Shown here one piece after another: positions 9,677 through 18,902 of a stretch of 56,627 bases of DNA. Location of the stretch: the IMG/VR virus record IMGVR_UViG_3300027732_000025, positions 1 to 56,627 of that record; one strand, written 5' to 3'. A program made the translations under genes and the position numbers. Position 1 is the stretch's first letter. Each line of letters opens with the position of its first letter. This DNA comes from a virus (Duplodnaviria > Caudoviricetes). The notes under the pieces were generated by a model. That model was not told the origin of the DNA. It did not search any database and worked only from the letters and a program-made list of their open reading frames with translations.

Positions 9677-9806
9677 TTTATTCTCCAAAAGCAACAAGAG
9701 CAGCCAGACTAACAACAGTCAGGACACCAAGATAAACCACGGCATCATTCCAAGAGCCAGGCGCGAACATCCAAGTAGCGAGCGATTCAAACATTTTCTT
9801 TTCCTT

Positions 9807-9852
9807 TCAACCTTCGATAAGTTATTATACCTCGAAGTTGAATAAAAGTAAA
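9807..9852 (-). promoter_or_regulatory. early promoter/stem-loop cassette
   Basis: TTTACT-17-TATAAT; -10 flanked by TTCAAC.TTCGA/TCGAAGTTGAA; AAAGGAAA RBS downstream. Confidence 0.8.
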
Positions 9853-9855
9853 CTA

Positions 9856-10176
9856 CTATCGTCGCATCGACGCTAGGTCTTTAGCCTCGTCATTGGAGAA
9901 CACAGGGACCATATTGGACTTATGCATCGTCCCAATACCCTTGATTTTGTCTCCAGTGTACATCATAGATTGTTTTGCAGCAGTTGAACCACCAGGGGTC
10001 ACCAAACTCTGCAATTTCTCCGTATTACGTCCAACTGGAAGAGAATACGACCAGTCCGTGTCTTTCTTACGTTTCAACAGGGCTGGTGGGTATTTAGACT
10101 TCAAGTTTTCCCAGCTGCGCAGATTCTCTTCGTATTGACGTTTCTCAGCAGCTGATTTGAACTTTAGTTTAGCCAT
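9856..10176 (-). CDS. conserved T4-like hypothetical protein
   Basis: C-terminal YTG..I.GI.TMHKSN.VP motif. Confidence 0.65.
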   Translation of the reverse strand: MAKLKFKSAAEKRQYEENLRSWENLKSKYPPALLKRKKDTDWSYSLPVGRNTEKLQSLVTPGGSTAAKQSMMYTGDKIKGIGTMHKSNMVPVFSNDEAKDLASMRR

Positions 10177-10415
10177 TATTCTTCACCATGGTAGCCATAA
10201 TCTTCATCGGTACCAAACCCAGCAGAAGCCAGAGCAGAATCAAAGTCACCATCCATGCTTTCATCGTAACCATAATCATGGTTCTGGTAGACCTCTTCGC
10301 GAAACTGCGCGACGATATCAACAGAGACACCGAGTTCCTCTGCAATAACAGAATTAGAGTAGCCCTCACCGATCATATTTCCAAGATCGATTGCGAGATT
10401 AGACATAACAGACAT
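10176..10415 (-). CDS. acidic early hypothetical protein
   Basis: 79 aa, translationally coupled. Confidence 0.55.
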   Translation of the reverse strand: MSVMSNLAIDLGNMIGEGYSNSVIAEELGVSVDIVAQFREEVYQNHDYGYDESMDGDFDSALASAGFGTDEDYGYHGEE

Positions 10416-10672
10416 TAACCTTCTCCTCGAATAATTACAACACGGGTAACATTGATTCGTTCTTCATACTCATAGGGAATGAACGTAGCGATCTCGCCAT
10501 CGTAAAACTCATTCCGAATCATATCTGCCTGATCAACGATGAACCGAACAGTGCGTCCAGTGTGGTTCGACCGAATAAAGAACTCCGGATGAACTGTGGC
10601 TTCATTGTACATCGTCAGATGCTTCGTCTGTTTGTTATACGAAAACGAACTAAGATCAAAGATGGGGATCAT
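10415..10672 (-). CDS. hypothetical protein
   Basis: 85 aa, coupled. Confidence 0.55.
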   Translation of the reverse strand: MIPIFDLSSFSYNKQTKHLTMYNEATVHPEFFIRSNHTGRTVRFIVDQADMIRNEFYDGEIATFIPYEYEERINVTRVVIIRGEG

Positions 10673-10947
10673 ACAGTTTCCTCAGGAGTAACGACAGGAA
10701 CTTCACCGAACAGCTTAGCCAGCTTCTTGACAATACCTGGTTCAGTTGCATCAACCAGAGTCTCAGCACCAGAAGTAGCCTTGATGCTAGCGAGCAATGC
10801 ATTCAGAGATGCTCGGCTCGGAGCAGTCAGCGAACTATTCGTGTAGCATGAAGCACGAACCACTGGCTTAGACCAAGCAGTCAACAGAACGTAACCACGA
10901 TCACGATCAGCAGGAATAACTCGAAAGAACAGAGTACCACCCTTCAT
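10669..10947 (-). CDS. hypothetical protein
   Basis: AAGGAG RBS before MKGGTLFFR. Confidence 0.55.
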   Translation of the reverse strand: MKGGTLFFRVIPADRDRGYVLLTAWSKPVVRASCYTNSSLTAPSRASLNALLASIKATSGAETLVDATEPGIVKKLAKLFGEVPVVTPEETV

Positions 10948-10957
10948 GTCTTTCTCC

Positions 10958-11191
10958 TTAGGCGTAAAAACCAGAATCACGGAACTCAACGTCTGTGAAC
11001 TCAACACGGACATCGATAGACGATCCCAGTTCTGTCTGGACATAGCCCATGCGATCATAACACCAAGCACCATCGTATTCCTCACGACCAGTGCCAGCCA
11101 GAACTACGTCCTTGAGATCTTCCAAGGTAGCGAAGACGCCAAGAAGTTCATCACAACAATCACGAGCACCCAACAGGCAGTAAACTTGCAT
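10958..11191 (-). CDS. early hypothetical protein
   Basis: first ORF after the promoter at 11220-11248; AAGGAAA RBS. Confidence 0.55.
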   Translation of the reverse strand: MQVYCLLGARDCCDELLGVFATLEDLKDVVLAGTGREEYDGAWCYDRMGYVQTELGSSIDVRVEFTDVEFRDSGFYA

Positions 11192-11202
11192 TTTGTTTCC
11201 TT

Positions 11203-11248
11203 TCAAAGTTCAAAAGATTATTATACCGCTAACTTGATTAAAAGTAAA
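11203..11248 (-). promoter_or_regulatory. early promoter cassette (diverged copy)
   Basis: TTTACT-17-TATAAT with a TCAA(A)GTT/AACTTGA inverted repeat. Confidence 0.7.
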
Positions 11249-11560
11249 TCAAAGTCCAAGTACTGCGCGCTCGGTATCGGTCAGTTTGGCCAAAGCACGT
11301 TCACGCGTAGCCTGCAACTCAGCTTCCATGAGTGCAGCGAATTCCAGGTTCGCAATCAGGATCTCCAGATCCTGGAGGTATTCATAGGCCATAAAATCGT
11401 CATACGCATACGGCACGGTGAATCTTCTTCCAGTTTCAGGGAAGCTGACATCAAATACCATGCCAATGGCATCCACATCTGCCACAGCTCCAAATTCCAG
11501 AGCTCTGGAGAGTGCCCCCATGAGGCGATAGGGATACGACTCCCTGTCGTTCTTCTTCAT
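11249..11560 (-). CDS. early hypothetical protein
   Basis: 103 aa, coupled to the upstream ORF. Confidence 0.55.
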   Translation of the reverse strand: MKKNDRESYPYRLMGALSRALEFGAVADVDAIGMVFDVSFPETGRRFTVPYAYDDFMAYEYLQDLEILIANLEFAALMEAELQATRERALAKLTDTERAVLGL

Positions 11561-11733
11561 GCTGCCACCCCCACAGACTCGACCTTCTCGAGTGCCCAGA
11601 TAATGGAGAGCAGGTTCTGATCAGCCAACTCGGAGGAGGCTTCGAAGCCAAGAGCCTCGTCCATCAGAGCAAAGGCATCACGGAATGCAGCGGCAGCGAG
11701 GAGACAGGCTTGGTTACGTTCAGCGATAGTCAT
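11557..11733 (-). CDS. early hypothetical protein
   Basis: starts MTIAERNQ after the cassette RBS. Confidence 0.55.
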   Translation of the reverse strand: MTIAERNQACLLAAAAFRDAFALMDEALGFEASSELADQNLLSIIWALEKVESVGVAA

Positions 11734-11790
11734 TTTCTTTCCTTTCAAGTTTCGATAAGTTATTATACCTCGAAACTGAATAAAAGTAAA
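11731..11790 (-). promoter_or_regulatory. early promoter/stem-loop/RBS cassette
   Basis: TTTACTTTTATTCAGTTTCGAGGTATAATAACTTATCGAAACTTGAAAGGAAAGAAAATG. Confidence 0.85.
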
Positions 11791-12453
11791 TCAACAACCT
11801 CGCTGGCGAGCGTATTCCTTGCGAATTTCGACGAACTCAGGGATCCATTTTTTCACTGGTTCCTTGAATAAAAGTAAACCAAATTCTTCCGTAGTCATTG
11901 CGATTACGATATTTGGGACAGTAATTCCTGTCATTTCCCAGAAGGCATAGGCATACGCCGCTGCCTGGGTAAAGTAGTTTGGGATGTCCTCAGAGGACTT
12001 ATAACGACCACTGGTCTTCCAATCCAGGATGCACAGCTCGCCATTGATTTTGGCGATCAGGTCTACGGTGCCAGCGAACTTAAGAGTATCTGAGTACAGC
12101 ACGGATTCCATCGCATGCACTTCCTCAATCGACTCCATAACTGGCATTAGATTCTCGAACATTTTACGTTCTTCTTGCTCGAACATACCAAATGTCAGGG
12201 GTTTCCCTTGGAGGTAGTTCTCGCAGTTCTCGTGGATAAGTGTACCGCGCGTAGCTGCTTTTCGGCTGATCTCGTTAGCCGTAGCCTCGCCAACTGATTC
12301 TTTCCAGGCACGAATAAACTCCTCACCCATTATGCTAATAATGCTCGTGACCGAGGGGTAACTGTTTCCTTCCGGAGTTTGGTACTTTCTGCCGTCGGGT
12401 GAGTCGATCCTTTTACAGACCGACTTCAATGCTTCATGTTCAATAAGTTTCAT
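11791..12453 (-). CDS. PD-(D/E)xK exonuclease
   Basis: YPSVT, RGT.IH, E..L, AGTVD, DWKT and Q..AYA motifs. Confidence 0.85.
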   Translation of the reverse strand: MKLIEHEALKSVCKRIDSPDGRKYQTPEGNSYPSVTSIISIMGEEFIRAWKESVGEATANEISRKAATRGTLIHENCENYLQGKPLTFGMFEQEERKMFENLMPVMESIEEVHAMESVLYSDTLKFAGTVDLIAKINGELCILDWKTSGRYKSSEDIPNYFTQAAAYAYAFWEMTGITVPNIVIAMTTEEFGLLLFKEPVKKWIPEFVEIRKEYARQRGC

Positions 12454-13082
12454 TTTCTATTATCAATCGAGTAAAACCAATCATCACCAGCTGCCCATTT
12501 GCGAGAGCCATCCACACTCCATAGATTCTGTGCAGCTTGGAAATCTGGGAACTTAACATCAGCAGGAATCAAACTTTGATCATACCACAAGCATCGGTTA
12601 TTTGGTTGACATGCGAACTGGCCGTTTTCTAATCGGATAAAGTTAAATGACTTATGTTCTTCAGCAACTTCAGTAAATCCAGTATCTACATCCATTCCTT
12701 CAGCACAAAAATCTACTGTAAACAAATAGGTTCCAAAATGCCATTCTTTGTCTTTGCCGAGAAACTTAACACCTAGATTACGAAGACTTATTTTCTCAAC
12801 AATGGTAAACCGATACCCCATGCAATCCCACAGCTGTAAAGTATCTATGGGTAATTTTCCAGTGTAGTCTTCGTGCCACACATATGCATGAATGGGTAGT
12901 TTGTCATATAGTGCTCCATAATTTGGCAATAATGACTCAATACGAAACACCTGACCTCGCAATGCTTTGAGACTAATCCATACTGCGGGTTCTAATTCAC
13001 CATGACCCTTTTCGAAATTATATAGAAATTCTCGTTTAACGAAACATTTGATTGGTGGTAATGAACCTATAATATAACTCAT
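12450..13082 (-). CDS. conserved hypothetical protein
   Basis: 210 aa ORF with RBS; LQLWDC, EHK and QPNNR motifs. Confidence 0.65.
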   Translation of the reverse strand: MSYIIGSLPPIKCFVKREFLYNFEKGHGELEPAVWISLKALRGQVFRIESLLPNYGALYDKLPIHAYVWHEDYTGKLPIDTLQLWDCMGYRFTIVEKISLRNLGVKFLGKDKEWHFGTYLFTVDFCAEGMDVDTGFTEVAEEHKSFNFIRLENGQFACQPNNRCLWYDQSLIPADVKFPDFQAAQNLWSVDGSRKWAAGDDWFYSIDNRK

Positions 13083-13121
13083 TGTAACACTTCCTTTAAT
13101 AATATTGTATCAATAATTTAT

Positions 13122-13149
13122 TTTACTCTCGTTTTTTATCAGGTATAAT
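13122..13149 (+). promoter_or_regulatory. early-type promoter in antisense orientation
   Basis: TTTACT-16-TATAAT (with the same GG before -10) on the + strand, pointing into minus-strand genes. Confidence 0.5.
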
Positions 13150-13174
13150 TCAACTGTAGCGATGATATAGGTCT

Positions 13175-13591
13175 CTATAGTTCCCCTCGCTCCATAAGCA
13201 ACTTCTTGTTTGCTTGATGCGCTTCCTGCACCAACTCCTTGTTCTGTCCAGTGTAAGAAACAGCATAGTTATTCTCGATAAGCCAGTTGTTCACATTGGT
13301 TCCATCATCTAGAATAAACTCACCAAGAATCCTACCAAACTTATCATTGCTGTCATCTTTGATAGTATTGATCTTTACCCAAGCACCGACTGCAAGTTGC
13401 TCTTCGACTTTCTTCTTTGACAGAAGACCACGAGGTTTCTCTTCAAGATTAGTCGTTCGCGATTCCGGAGCATCAAGACCAGCGAGGCGAACCCGTTGGT
13501 TAGATAGAATAACATTAAATCCAAGATCAATGTCGATATCAACAGTGTCTCCGTCGATGACTTTGATGACCTTACACTTATACTGGTACAT
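13175..13591 (-). CDS. thermonuclease (SNase-like)
   Basis: VIDGDT, VRLAGLDAPE, DKFGRILG. Confidence 0.9.
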   Translation of the reverse strand: MYQYKCKVIKVIDGDTVDIDIDLGFNVILSNQRVRLAGLDAPESRTTNLEEKPRGLLSKKKVEEQLAVGAWVKINTIKDDSNDKFGRILGEFILDDGTNVNNWLIENNYAVSYTGQNKELVQEAHQANKKLLMERGEL

Positions 13592-13592
13592 A

Positions 13593-14201
13593 TTAGCCTT
13601 TTAACACCGAGATTCCCTTGTTGTACTTAGCAGTTCTATCCTCAAGCCCATGGGTTCCGCCATTGATAATCTTCGAAACAGTAATTACATCCCAAACAGA
13701 GGATAACTTCCTCGAGTCCCAATACCAAAGAGCAGTCTGAAGAGCAATAGTCTTATCAGTGCGAACCTGATCAGGATTAGTTACGAGCCTGTCATCCTTG
13801 AACAGAGCCTGTGAGCACTTGGTAAAGTTTTCCTTACCAGTCAGCTGGATAAGACCAGACCCACGATACTTATAGCCTTCTCCGGATGCCTCTGGGCCAT
13901 TACCCATACGACTGGCATAAACTCGATTGCCAATCTTCACAGGTTGTCGATGGTATTGCGCAACATCAACTCCCCTGAAATACTTAGGAAAGACCACAAG
14001 TAGTCTCTCACCTGAGTAGTTTAGGTTCTCGCTAATAACATTCAACTCACCACTCTCATGTCCACATTGAGCAATGAACATTGAGATTTGTTGCGGAGTC
14101 GTAATTCCGAACTTAGGTAACTGATCATTAAGGGCAGCAGACCAGCCTACTGGATCTTTACAGTTAGGTAGGATGCTGCGTAGTTGGTCTGCTGTAATCA
14201 T
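13593..14201 (-). CDS. GH19 endolysin
   Basis: FIAQCGHES, ENLNYS, YRGSGLIQLTG..N, INGG..GL.DR. Confidence 0.9.
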   Translation of the reverse strand: MITADQLRSILPNCKDPVGWSAALNDQLPKFGITTPQQISMFIAQCGHESGELNVISENLNYSGERLLVVFPKYFRGVDVAQYHRQPVKIGNRVYASRMGNGPEASGEGYKYRGSGLIQLTGKENFTKCSQALFKDDRLVTNPDQVRTDKTIALQTALWYWDSRKLSSVWDVITVSKIINGGTHGLEDRTAKYNKGISVLKG

Positions 14202-14202
14202 T

Positions 14203-14967
14203 TTAATATCCTAGTTTGTCACATGCTACGATGAATGATTTCACTAATGATGATCTCACAATGTCATCTGGCGTAAATTCAATCGACTGAAACTCTGGCA
14301 TCGTATATAGCACTTCGAGGAATTGCTTCAGACCAGAGATATCATTCCTTGATTTTACCAAGTCATTCTGCTTCAAGTCACCGACGAAGATTATCTTCGA
14401 GCGATGGCCAGTGCGAGAAATAACTGATGACAGTTCATGCCATGTCATACTCTGGCATTCATCGACGATAATGATTGCATCATCAATACTGATACCACGA
14501 ATGGCAGTAGTAGAAATAAACCTAGCGAACCCTTGTTCCTTCAGGCGTTCCCAAGCATCTGGGCGACCAAACAGAGTCTGGCTAATTTCTTTATATGGCT
14601 GTTCATAGATAGCCATCTTCTCATCCAAGTCACCTGGAACGAATCCCTGGTCACGCACCTGGACTGCACTTCTAACAACAACTACTTGCTTGAAGGAATT
14701 GGTTTTATCCAGAATTTCCTCGATTGCTTTGAGCATTGATAGAAATGTCTTACCGACGCCTGGACTACCAAATAATCCGACGCAATATGCACCGCCGCGA
14801 TATAGATCAAAGAACTTACGTTGATTATCAGTTAGAGGCTCGAATGTCTTGAGATGGTCGAGTTTAATCTTAAGAGAATTATTAGCAGGCTGGTGGCGAT
14901 GCATTGCCTCATCGCCATCAATTTGTTCTTCTCTTTTTTGTACTGGTGTTCTTCTCGTTGCTGCCAT
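14203..14967 (-). CDS. phoH: PhoH-like ATPase
   Basis: GSPGVGKT, PGDLDEK, IRG, DECQ, GD..Q.D, IVRS. Confidence 0.92.
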   Translation of the reverse strand: MAATRRTPVQKREEQIDGDEAMHRHQPANNSLKIKLDHLKTFEPLTDNQRKFFDLYRGGAYCVGLFGSPGVGKTFLSMLKAIEEILDKTNSFKQVVVVRSAVQVRDQGFVPGDLDEKMAIYEQPYKEISQTLFGRPDAWERLKEQGFARFISTTAIRGISIDDAIIIVDECQSMTWHELSSVISRTGHRSKIIFVGDLKQNDLVKSRNDISGLKQFLEVLYTMPEFQSIEFTPDDIVRSSLVKSFIVACDKLGY

Positions 14968-14978
14968 GTGTTTCTTTC

Positions 14979-15557
14979 TTAGTAAAACCCTTCAGATTTT
15001 GTTCTTGATAATACATCATGCCATCTTCTAATGGGACTCGTAGTATCAAACTGAAAGATAGGGGTTATATCAATTCTAGAAGTAAGAGGCTTTATATCGT
15101 CAGTCAGATTGTCTAGAATTAATGGATCACATAACGAACATTCATAATACACAAGAACCATATGGGCAGAAACATTATTCCTGCCATAAAGGAACTTTAG
15201 TTTTGATTGATCTACACCAGCTATCAATAAACTAAAGTATTTCAGTAACGCATAATCTTCACAATCCCCTGCTCCTCTGGTCAGGGTTTCTACTGGAGTT
15301 GCCCAATAATCAATGGCTTCCCAGTTATCAATATCAGTTTGGAATTGAATATCTTTATTTACTCTTTCGTTGATCATTGATAACTTCTCTTTATCAGGAA
15401 GTTTCGATGATATCACAATTGTACTTAGTAGAGGGTTAGCCCTGTCAAGGACTTCTGCGGATTTATCTTTTAACGATTCTGCAATGAGATCTGCGTCCCA
15501 GGCTGAAACAACCGAGGACGCAAATGACAAAATAACAGAAACTAAAAGATTACGCAA
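14979..15557 (-). CDS. transglutaminase-like cysteine protease (BTLCP/LapG family) with signal peptide
   Basis: DYWATP.E, GDCEDYA..KY, AHMVL, LILDNL (Cys-His-Asp). Confidence 0.85.
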   Translation of the reverse strand: MRNLLVSVILSFASSVVSAWDADLIAESLKDKSAEVLDRANPLLSTIVISSKLPDKEKLSMINERVNKDIQFQTDIDNWEAIDYWATPVETLTRGAGDCEDYALLKYFSLLIAGVDQSKLKFLYGRNNVSAHMVLVYYECSLCDPLILDNLTDDIKPLTSRIDITPIFQFDTTSPIRRWHDVLSRTKSEGFY

Positions 15558-15558
15558 G

Positions 15559-15810
15559 TTAGAATGAGTTGCGTTCGCTCAGAGTACCCTTCGGATTTGC
15601 CGCATGGATTTTCTGAAGAACTTCTTTCATACCACCATCTCTACCACGACCCAATCTATCTGGTGCGATTGCCATTGGTGACCCAATCTGCCATTCTCCG
15701 GCAGTGGACTTGCATTCAGGGCAAGCAAATTCATTTGACTTCTCGCTGATCTTGCAGGTAATCTCAAACACTGCTTCACAACTCGAACATCTTCTATCGT
15801 ATAGAGGCAT
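15559..15810 (-). CDS. FmdB-like zinc-ribbon protein
   Basis: MPLYD..CxxC...CPxC; GGAGG RBS. Confidence 0.8.
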   Translation of the reverse strand: MPLYDRRCSSCEAVFEITCKISEKSNEFACPECKSTAGEWQIGSPMAIAPDRLGRGRDGGMKEVLQKIHAANPKGTLSERNSF

Positions 15811-15840
15811 ATGCCCTCCTAAGTGTATCACACTTTCTAT

Positions 15841-16392
15841 TTAACCACCAATCCAGGAGGGAACTGGGCGACCAGCTACTTTGCCTTTCCAGGAATGAAT
15901 ATGTGGTTTACCGAGGCGATAATAATTACGATAGGACTCAACTCCATCAGCTACTTTGTAGTCATCAGGCATAGCCAACAGGATTGGGGTCATTTCACCA
16001 ATGGGAATATTGGTCGGAAGAATCTCTAGACGAGAAATAAGTCCATCTGTTTCGCACTTGTGCTTCCTTCCATAACGGAAAGTGTACTCGGTGGCAAGAC
16101 TAGCCAACAGAGCCTGGAGCCACCTGTAGTTCCCCGAAGATTTACGTGCCCAGATTGCGCTGGGATGGTTGCTGTGAGTTGCTTTGTACAGGATAGAGTC
16201 CCTGTCATCGTCCAGCCTCCACGTAGTAGTGCGGCGACCTGTTTTGGAGAGGGATTCTGATTGTTTTCCATCGAGTAGTCTGTGGGCAGTTGAGAGAAGT
16301 TGACTATATTCGAGTATCATCTTGACGACGTGTTTATCAAGATGGAACTCGGCGCAAATAACTGGGTCTTTATCAAGTTGGAAAATGTTCAT
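15841..16392 (-). CDS. pyrimidine-dimer DNA glycosylase family protein
   Basis: MNIF.LD, DKHVVKMILE..QLLSTAH, H.NHP..IW, EY..RY. Confidence 0.78.
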   Translation of the reverse strand: MNIFQLDKDPVICAEFHLDKHVVKMILEYSQLLSTAHRLLDGKQSESLSKTGRRTTTWRLDDDRDSILYKATHSNHPSAIWARKSSGNYRWLQALLASLATEYTFRYGRKHKCETDGLISRLEILPTNIPIGEMTPILLAMPDDYKVADGVESYRNYYRLGKPHIHSWKGKVAGRPVPSWIGG

Positions 16393-16574
16393 ACTAAATT
16401 TAATTTGTCACTTTCGACATTGACTACGAACTCATAATACATCTTCTGTTCTTCGTCTATATTTGGAGTAATGACGACTGTGCCGAGGGATTTAGATATA
16501 ACCCTCCGCACAATCTCATCCATACTAGCCAATGCCTCCGTGTCGGTACTATAGATCACGAAGGTAGCATTCAT
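16389..16574 (-). CDS. hypothetical protein
   Basis: 61 aa, ATGA coupling. Confidence 0.5.
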   Translation of the reverse strand: MNATFVIYSTDTEALASMDEIVRRVISKSLGTVVITPNIDEEQKMYYEFVVNVESDKLNLV

Positions 16575-17011
16575 ATCGTGTAGTCAACCACGTGAACGCA
16601 GTTCTGAATCCATCCTTTATTTTCGAATTCTTCCATAGTCAGGTTAGGCTGTTCTGTCTCACGGATGATCTTGACCATATCGCTCTTGTTTACTTCTCGA
16701 GCAGTGATAATATGTTCACCCAGATGATGCTGGAAATAATGCTCAGCCTCTTCCATTGCTACAGTATCCAGTGCATGCTCTTCACTTTCGCACTCGACGA
16801 AATATACATGACGGAAGGAGGAAACTGTTTCTACGGCAAATGTCTTCATTTTAGTTACTTTCTTAAGGATTACTTGGCCATTATCATTTACTGTCCAGTC
16901 TAGGGTATCACCGATGTTCCAGCCAAGTTCATATGTAACTTCAACAGGAAGATCAAGAATGTACTCACCAGTTTCCGGATCAAGAATAACTTCACTTGTA
17001 TAGGTAGTCAT
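16571..17011 (-). CDS. AbrB/MazE-like domain fused to an unknown domain
   Basis: LP.E....LGW..GD.L.W motif in the N-terminal half. Confidence 0.6.
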   Translation of the reverse strand: MTTYTSEVILDPETGEYILDLPVEVTYELGWNIGDTLDWTVNDNGQVILKKVTKMKTFAVETVSSFRHVYFVECESEEHALDTVAMEEAEHYFQHHLGEHIITAREVNKSDMVKIIRETEQPNLTMEEFENKGWIQNCVHVVDYTI

Positions 17012-17280
17012 AGGTTCACATTGCTCCATTTAGATAGTTTCTCACGTTTGTTCAGAGTCGCTGCATGCACAGTATCTGCATTGATAATACCCTTTCGTTC
17101 AAGGATATCAATCATACACATCAAGTCACCAATCTCCTCTTCCAGATGCTGTTTGTTGGTCGGGGCACCAATCGGCCATTGACCATCCATCCCGAATCGG
17201 AAACACTTGGAGATAGCCTGAATTACTTCAGCGCACTCCTCCAGAGTTATAGTTAGCAGTTCAGTTTCTTGCTTGTTCAT
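17008..17280 (-). CDS. MazG-like nucleotide pyrophosphohydrolase
   Basis: EECAEV.QA..K..RFG and LEEEIGDL. Confidence 0.78.
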   Translation of the reverse strand: MNKQETELLTITLEECAEVIQAISKCFRFGMDGQWPIGAPTNKQHLEEEIGDLMCMIDILERKGIINADTVHAATLNKREKLSKWSNVNL

Positions 17281-17765
17281 TGTCCAAAGATCCTCGTCAG
17301 TTCATAAAATGTATGTTCAATATCATCATCACGATGCAGGATCGCAACACCACCCACTTCCCGATATTTGTTGACGACTCGTTCTGTATCGTCAATCAAG
17401 ACTCGATCAGGAGCAGCGAATAAAGCCTTCTTGCTACCACCTGGAACAATGTTCACTGGGTAATGGATCAGTTTGCTGTTCAACCAGATCTTCTTCTGCA
17501 TCTCGACTTCTTCATGATGCAGAGCACCACCAGAAGAACTCAGGATCTCGATGTCAACATCAAGCCCATCGACGAACTCAAGCAGACGTTTGGCGTTCGG
17601 CATATATTCCAGGTTCACGAAATGGTGACCAAGAATAAACTCCTGGAAGTTCTTGTCTGATTCAGCAGATTGCTTGGCGACCAGAGCTGGGTCAATCCCG
17701 AACACTTCTTCATACTTCTTATTGAAGTTGGCGAGGACGCCATCCATATCAAGATATATTTTCAT
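17277..17765 (-). CDS. HAD-family 5'(3')-deoxyribonucleotidase
   Basis: IYLDMDGVLANF, K..W, LIDD. Confidence 0.82.
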   Translation of the reverse strand: MKIYLDMDGVLANFNKKYEEVFGIDPALVAKQSAESDKNFQEFILGHHFVNLEYMPNAKRLLEFVDGLDVDIEILSSSGGALHHEEVEMQKKIWLNSKLIHYPVNIVPGGSKKALFAAPDRVLIDDTERVVNKYREVGGVAILHRDDDIEHTFYELTRIFGQ

Positions 17766-17995
17766 TCGCACACCAAGATCCGAGGAAAATCAGCACGATC
17801 AAACATAAACTGGCCATTCAGAGGCGCAGTAAACTTGTCCGTTTTAGTTTCAACAACTTCGTCTTCGAAGATGCGACCGACCAGGTGGCAGGTCACAGTT
17901 CCATTCGCTTCCGAGATCTCTTCCACGAGACCGAGCATATAGCAGGAGTAATCGCCAACAAAATCAAACGACTTAACCAGATCACCAACTTTCAT
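17762..17995 (-). CDS. early hypothetical protein
   Basis: first ORF after a cassette; MKVGDLVKSFDF. Confidence 0.6.
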   Translation of the reverse strand: MKVGDLVKSFDFVGDYSCYMLGLVEEISEANGTVTCHLVGRIFEDEVVETKTDKFTAPLNGQFMFDRADFPRILVCE

Positions 17996-18007
17996 TTTTC
18001 TTTCCTT

Positions 18008-18052
18008 TTCAATTCGATAAGTTATTATACCTCGAAATTGAATAAAAGTAAA
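18008..18052 (-). promoter_or_regulatory. early promoter/stem-loop cassette
   Basis: same TTTACT-17-TATAAT core and inverted repeat. Confidence 0.82.
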
Positions 18053-18058
18053 ATGATT

Positions 18059-18508
18059 TCAGTCTAAGACACTCCACATCGTTTTCTGCTCTTGATCAAG
18101 AATAGTCTGTAATTGCTTTACTTCGATGCCATATTTGTTGAGTAGGTCAACTCCGGATAAGTCTCGGTATGTATCTCGGTAAATTACCTTCCATATTCCT
18201 GCATTGGCCATAAGCCTAGAGCAGTTGATACAGGGAGCCATCGTTACGTATACAACTGCTCCCTCAACCGAGACTGAAGACCTGGCCATCTTCATTAACA
18301 GGTTTTCCTCAGCGTGGATTACTTCTGCCCTGGTATTTCCGTTCTCATCTTCACAGACATTACTTGTTCCTGGCAGAGTTCCATTGTAGCCAAAGGCAAG
18401 GATGTTTCTATCTCTAACAGCCACTGCTCCGACTTGGGCTCGTTTAGCATAACTAAGATTGGCTGCGCCAGTGGCCACATCCATATAGAACTGGTGGAAC
18501 TTTGACAT
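18059..18508 (-). CDS. cd: dCMP deaminase
   Basis: VGA, GYNG, HAE and PCxxC. Confidence 0.9.
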   Translation of the reverse strand: MSKFHQFYMDVATGAANLSYAKRAQVGAVAVRDRNILAFGYNGTLPGTSNVCEDENGNTRAEVIHAEENLLMKMARSSVSVEGAVVYVTMAPCINCSRLMANAGIWKVIYRDTYRDLSGVDLLNKYGIEVKQLQTILDQEQKTMWSVLD

Positions 18509-18900
18509 TATTCGAAGTATCCAATCGCCTTTAGGTTCTTCATAGTCAGATTCTTGAACATCTTATGCAGTGTCTGTTCCTTAACAGCAATAAGAATCTT
18601 GGCATCAATTTCGCTGACAGATTCTAGTGCCTGGATAAACAGACTTTCTCGACGAAGAGGAATTAGTTCTGCTCGTTGGAAGTTCTCGATCTTCTTTGCG
18701 ATTTGCCAGAAAGCACCACTCAACTGATCTGGGTGCTGGAGATTCCCCTTAAATGGAGGGATGCCCTCTGGAAGAACGAACTTCTTCTCAGGGATGTAGG
18801 CAGCTTCCATTAGGTTACGGAGATATCTGTTTCCGCTGTGCTGCTTGAGAGTATTGATATCGACATTAGCAGCAGAGATAATTTCAGAGATATTGCTCAT
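18508..18900 (-). CDS. conserved T4-like hypothetical protein
   Basis: LPEG.PP and RRE.LFIQ.LE; next to rnh. Confidence 0.65.
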   Translation of the reverse strand: MSNISEIISAANVDINTLKQHSGNRYLRNLMEAAYIPEKKFVLPEGIPPFKGNLQHPDQLSGAFWQIAKKIENFQRAELIPLRRESLFIQALESVSEIDAKILIAVKEQTLHKMFKNLTMKNLKAIGYFE

Positions 18901-18902
18901 AG

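Noticed and set aside
11791-12453. Cas4/CRISPR interpretation of the exonuclease
   Set aside because: Lacks the four-Cys Fe-S pattern; ordinary phage PD-(D/E)xK nuclease
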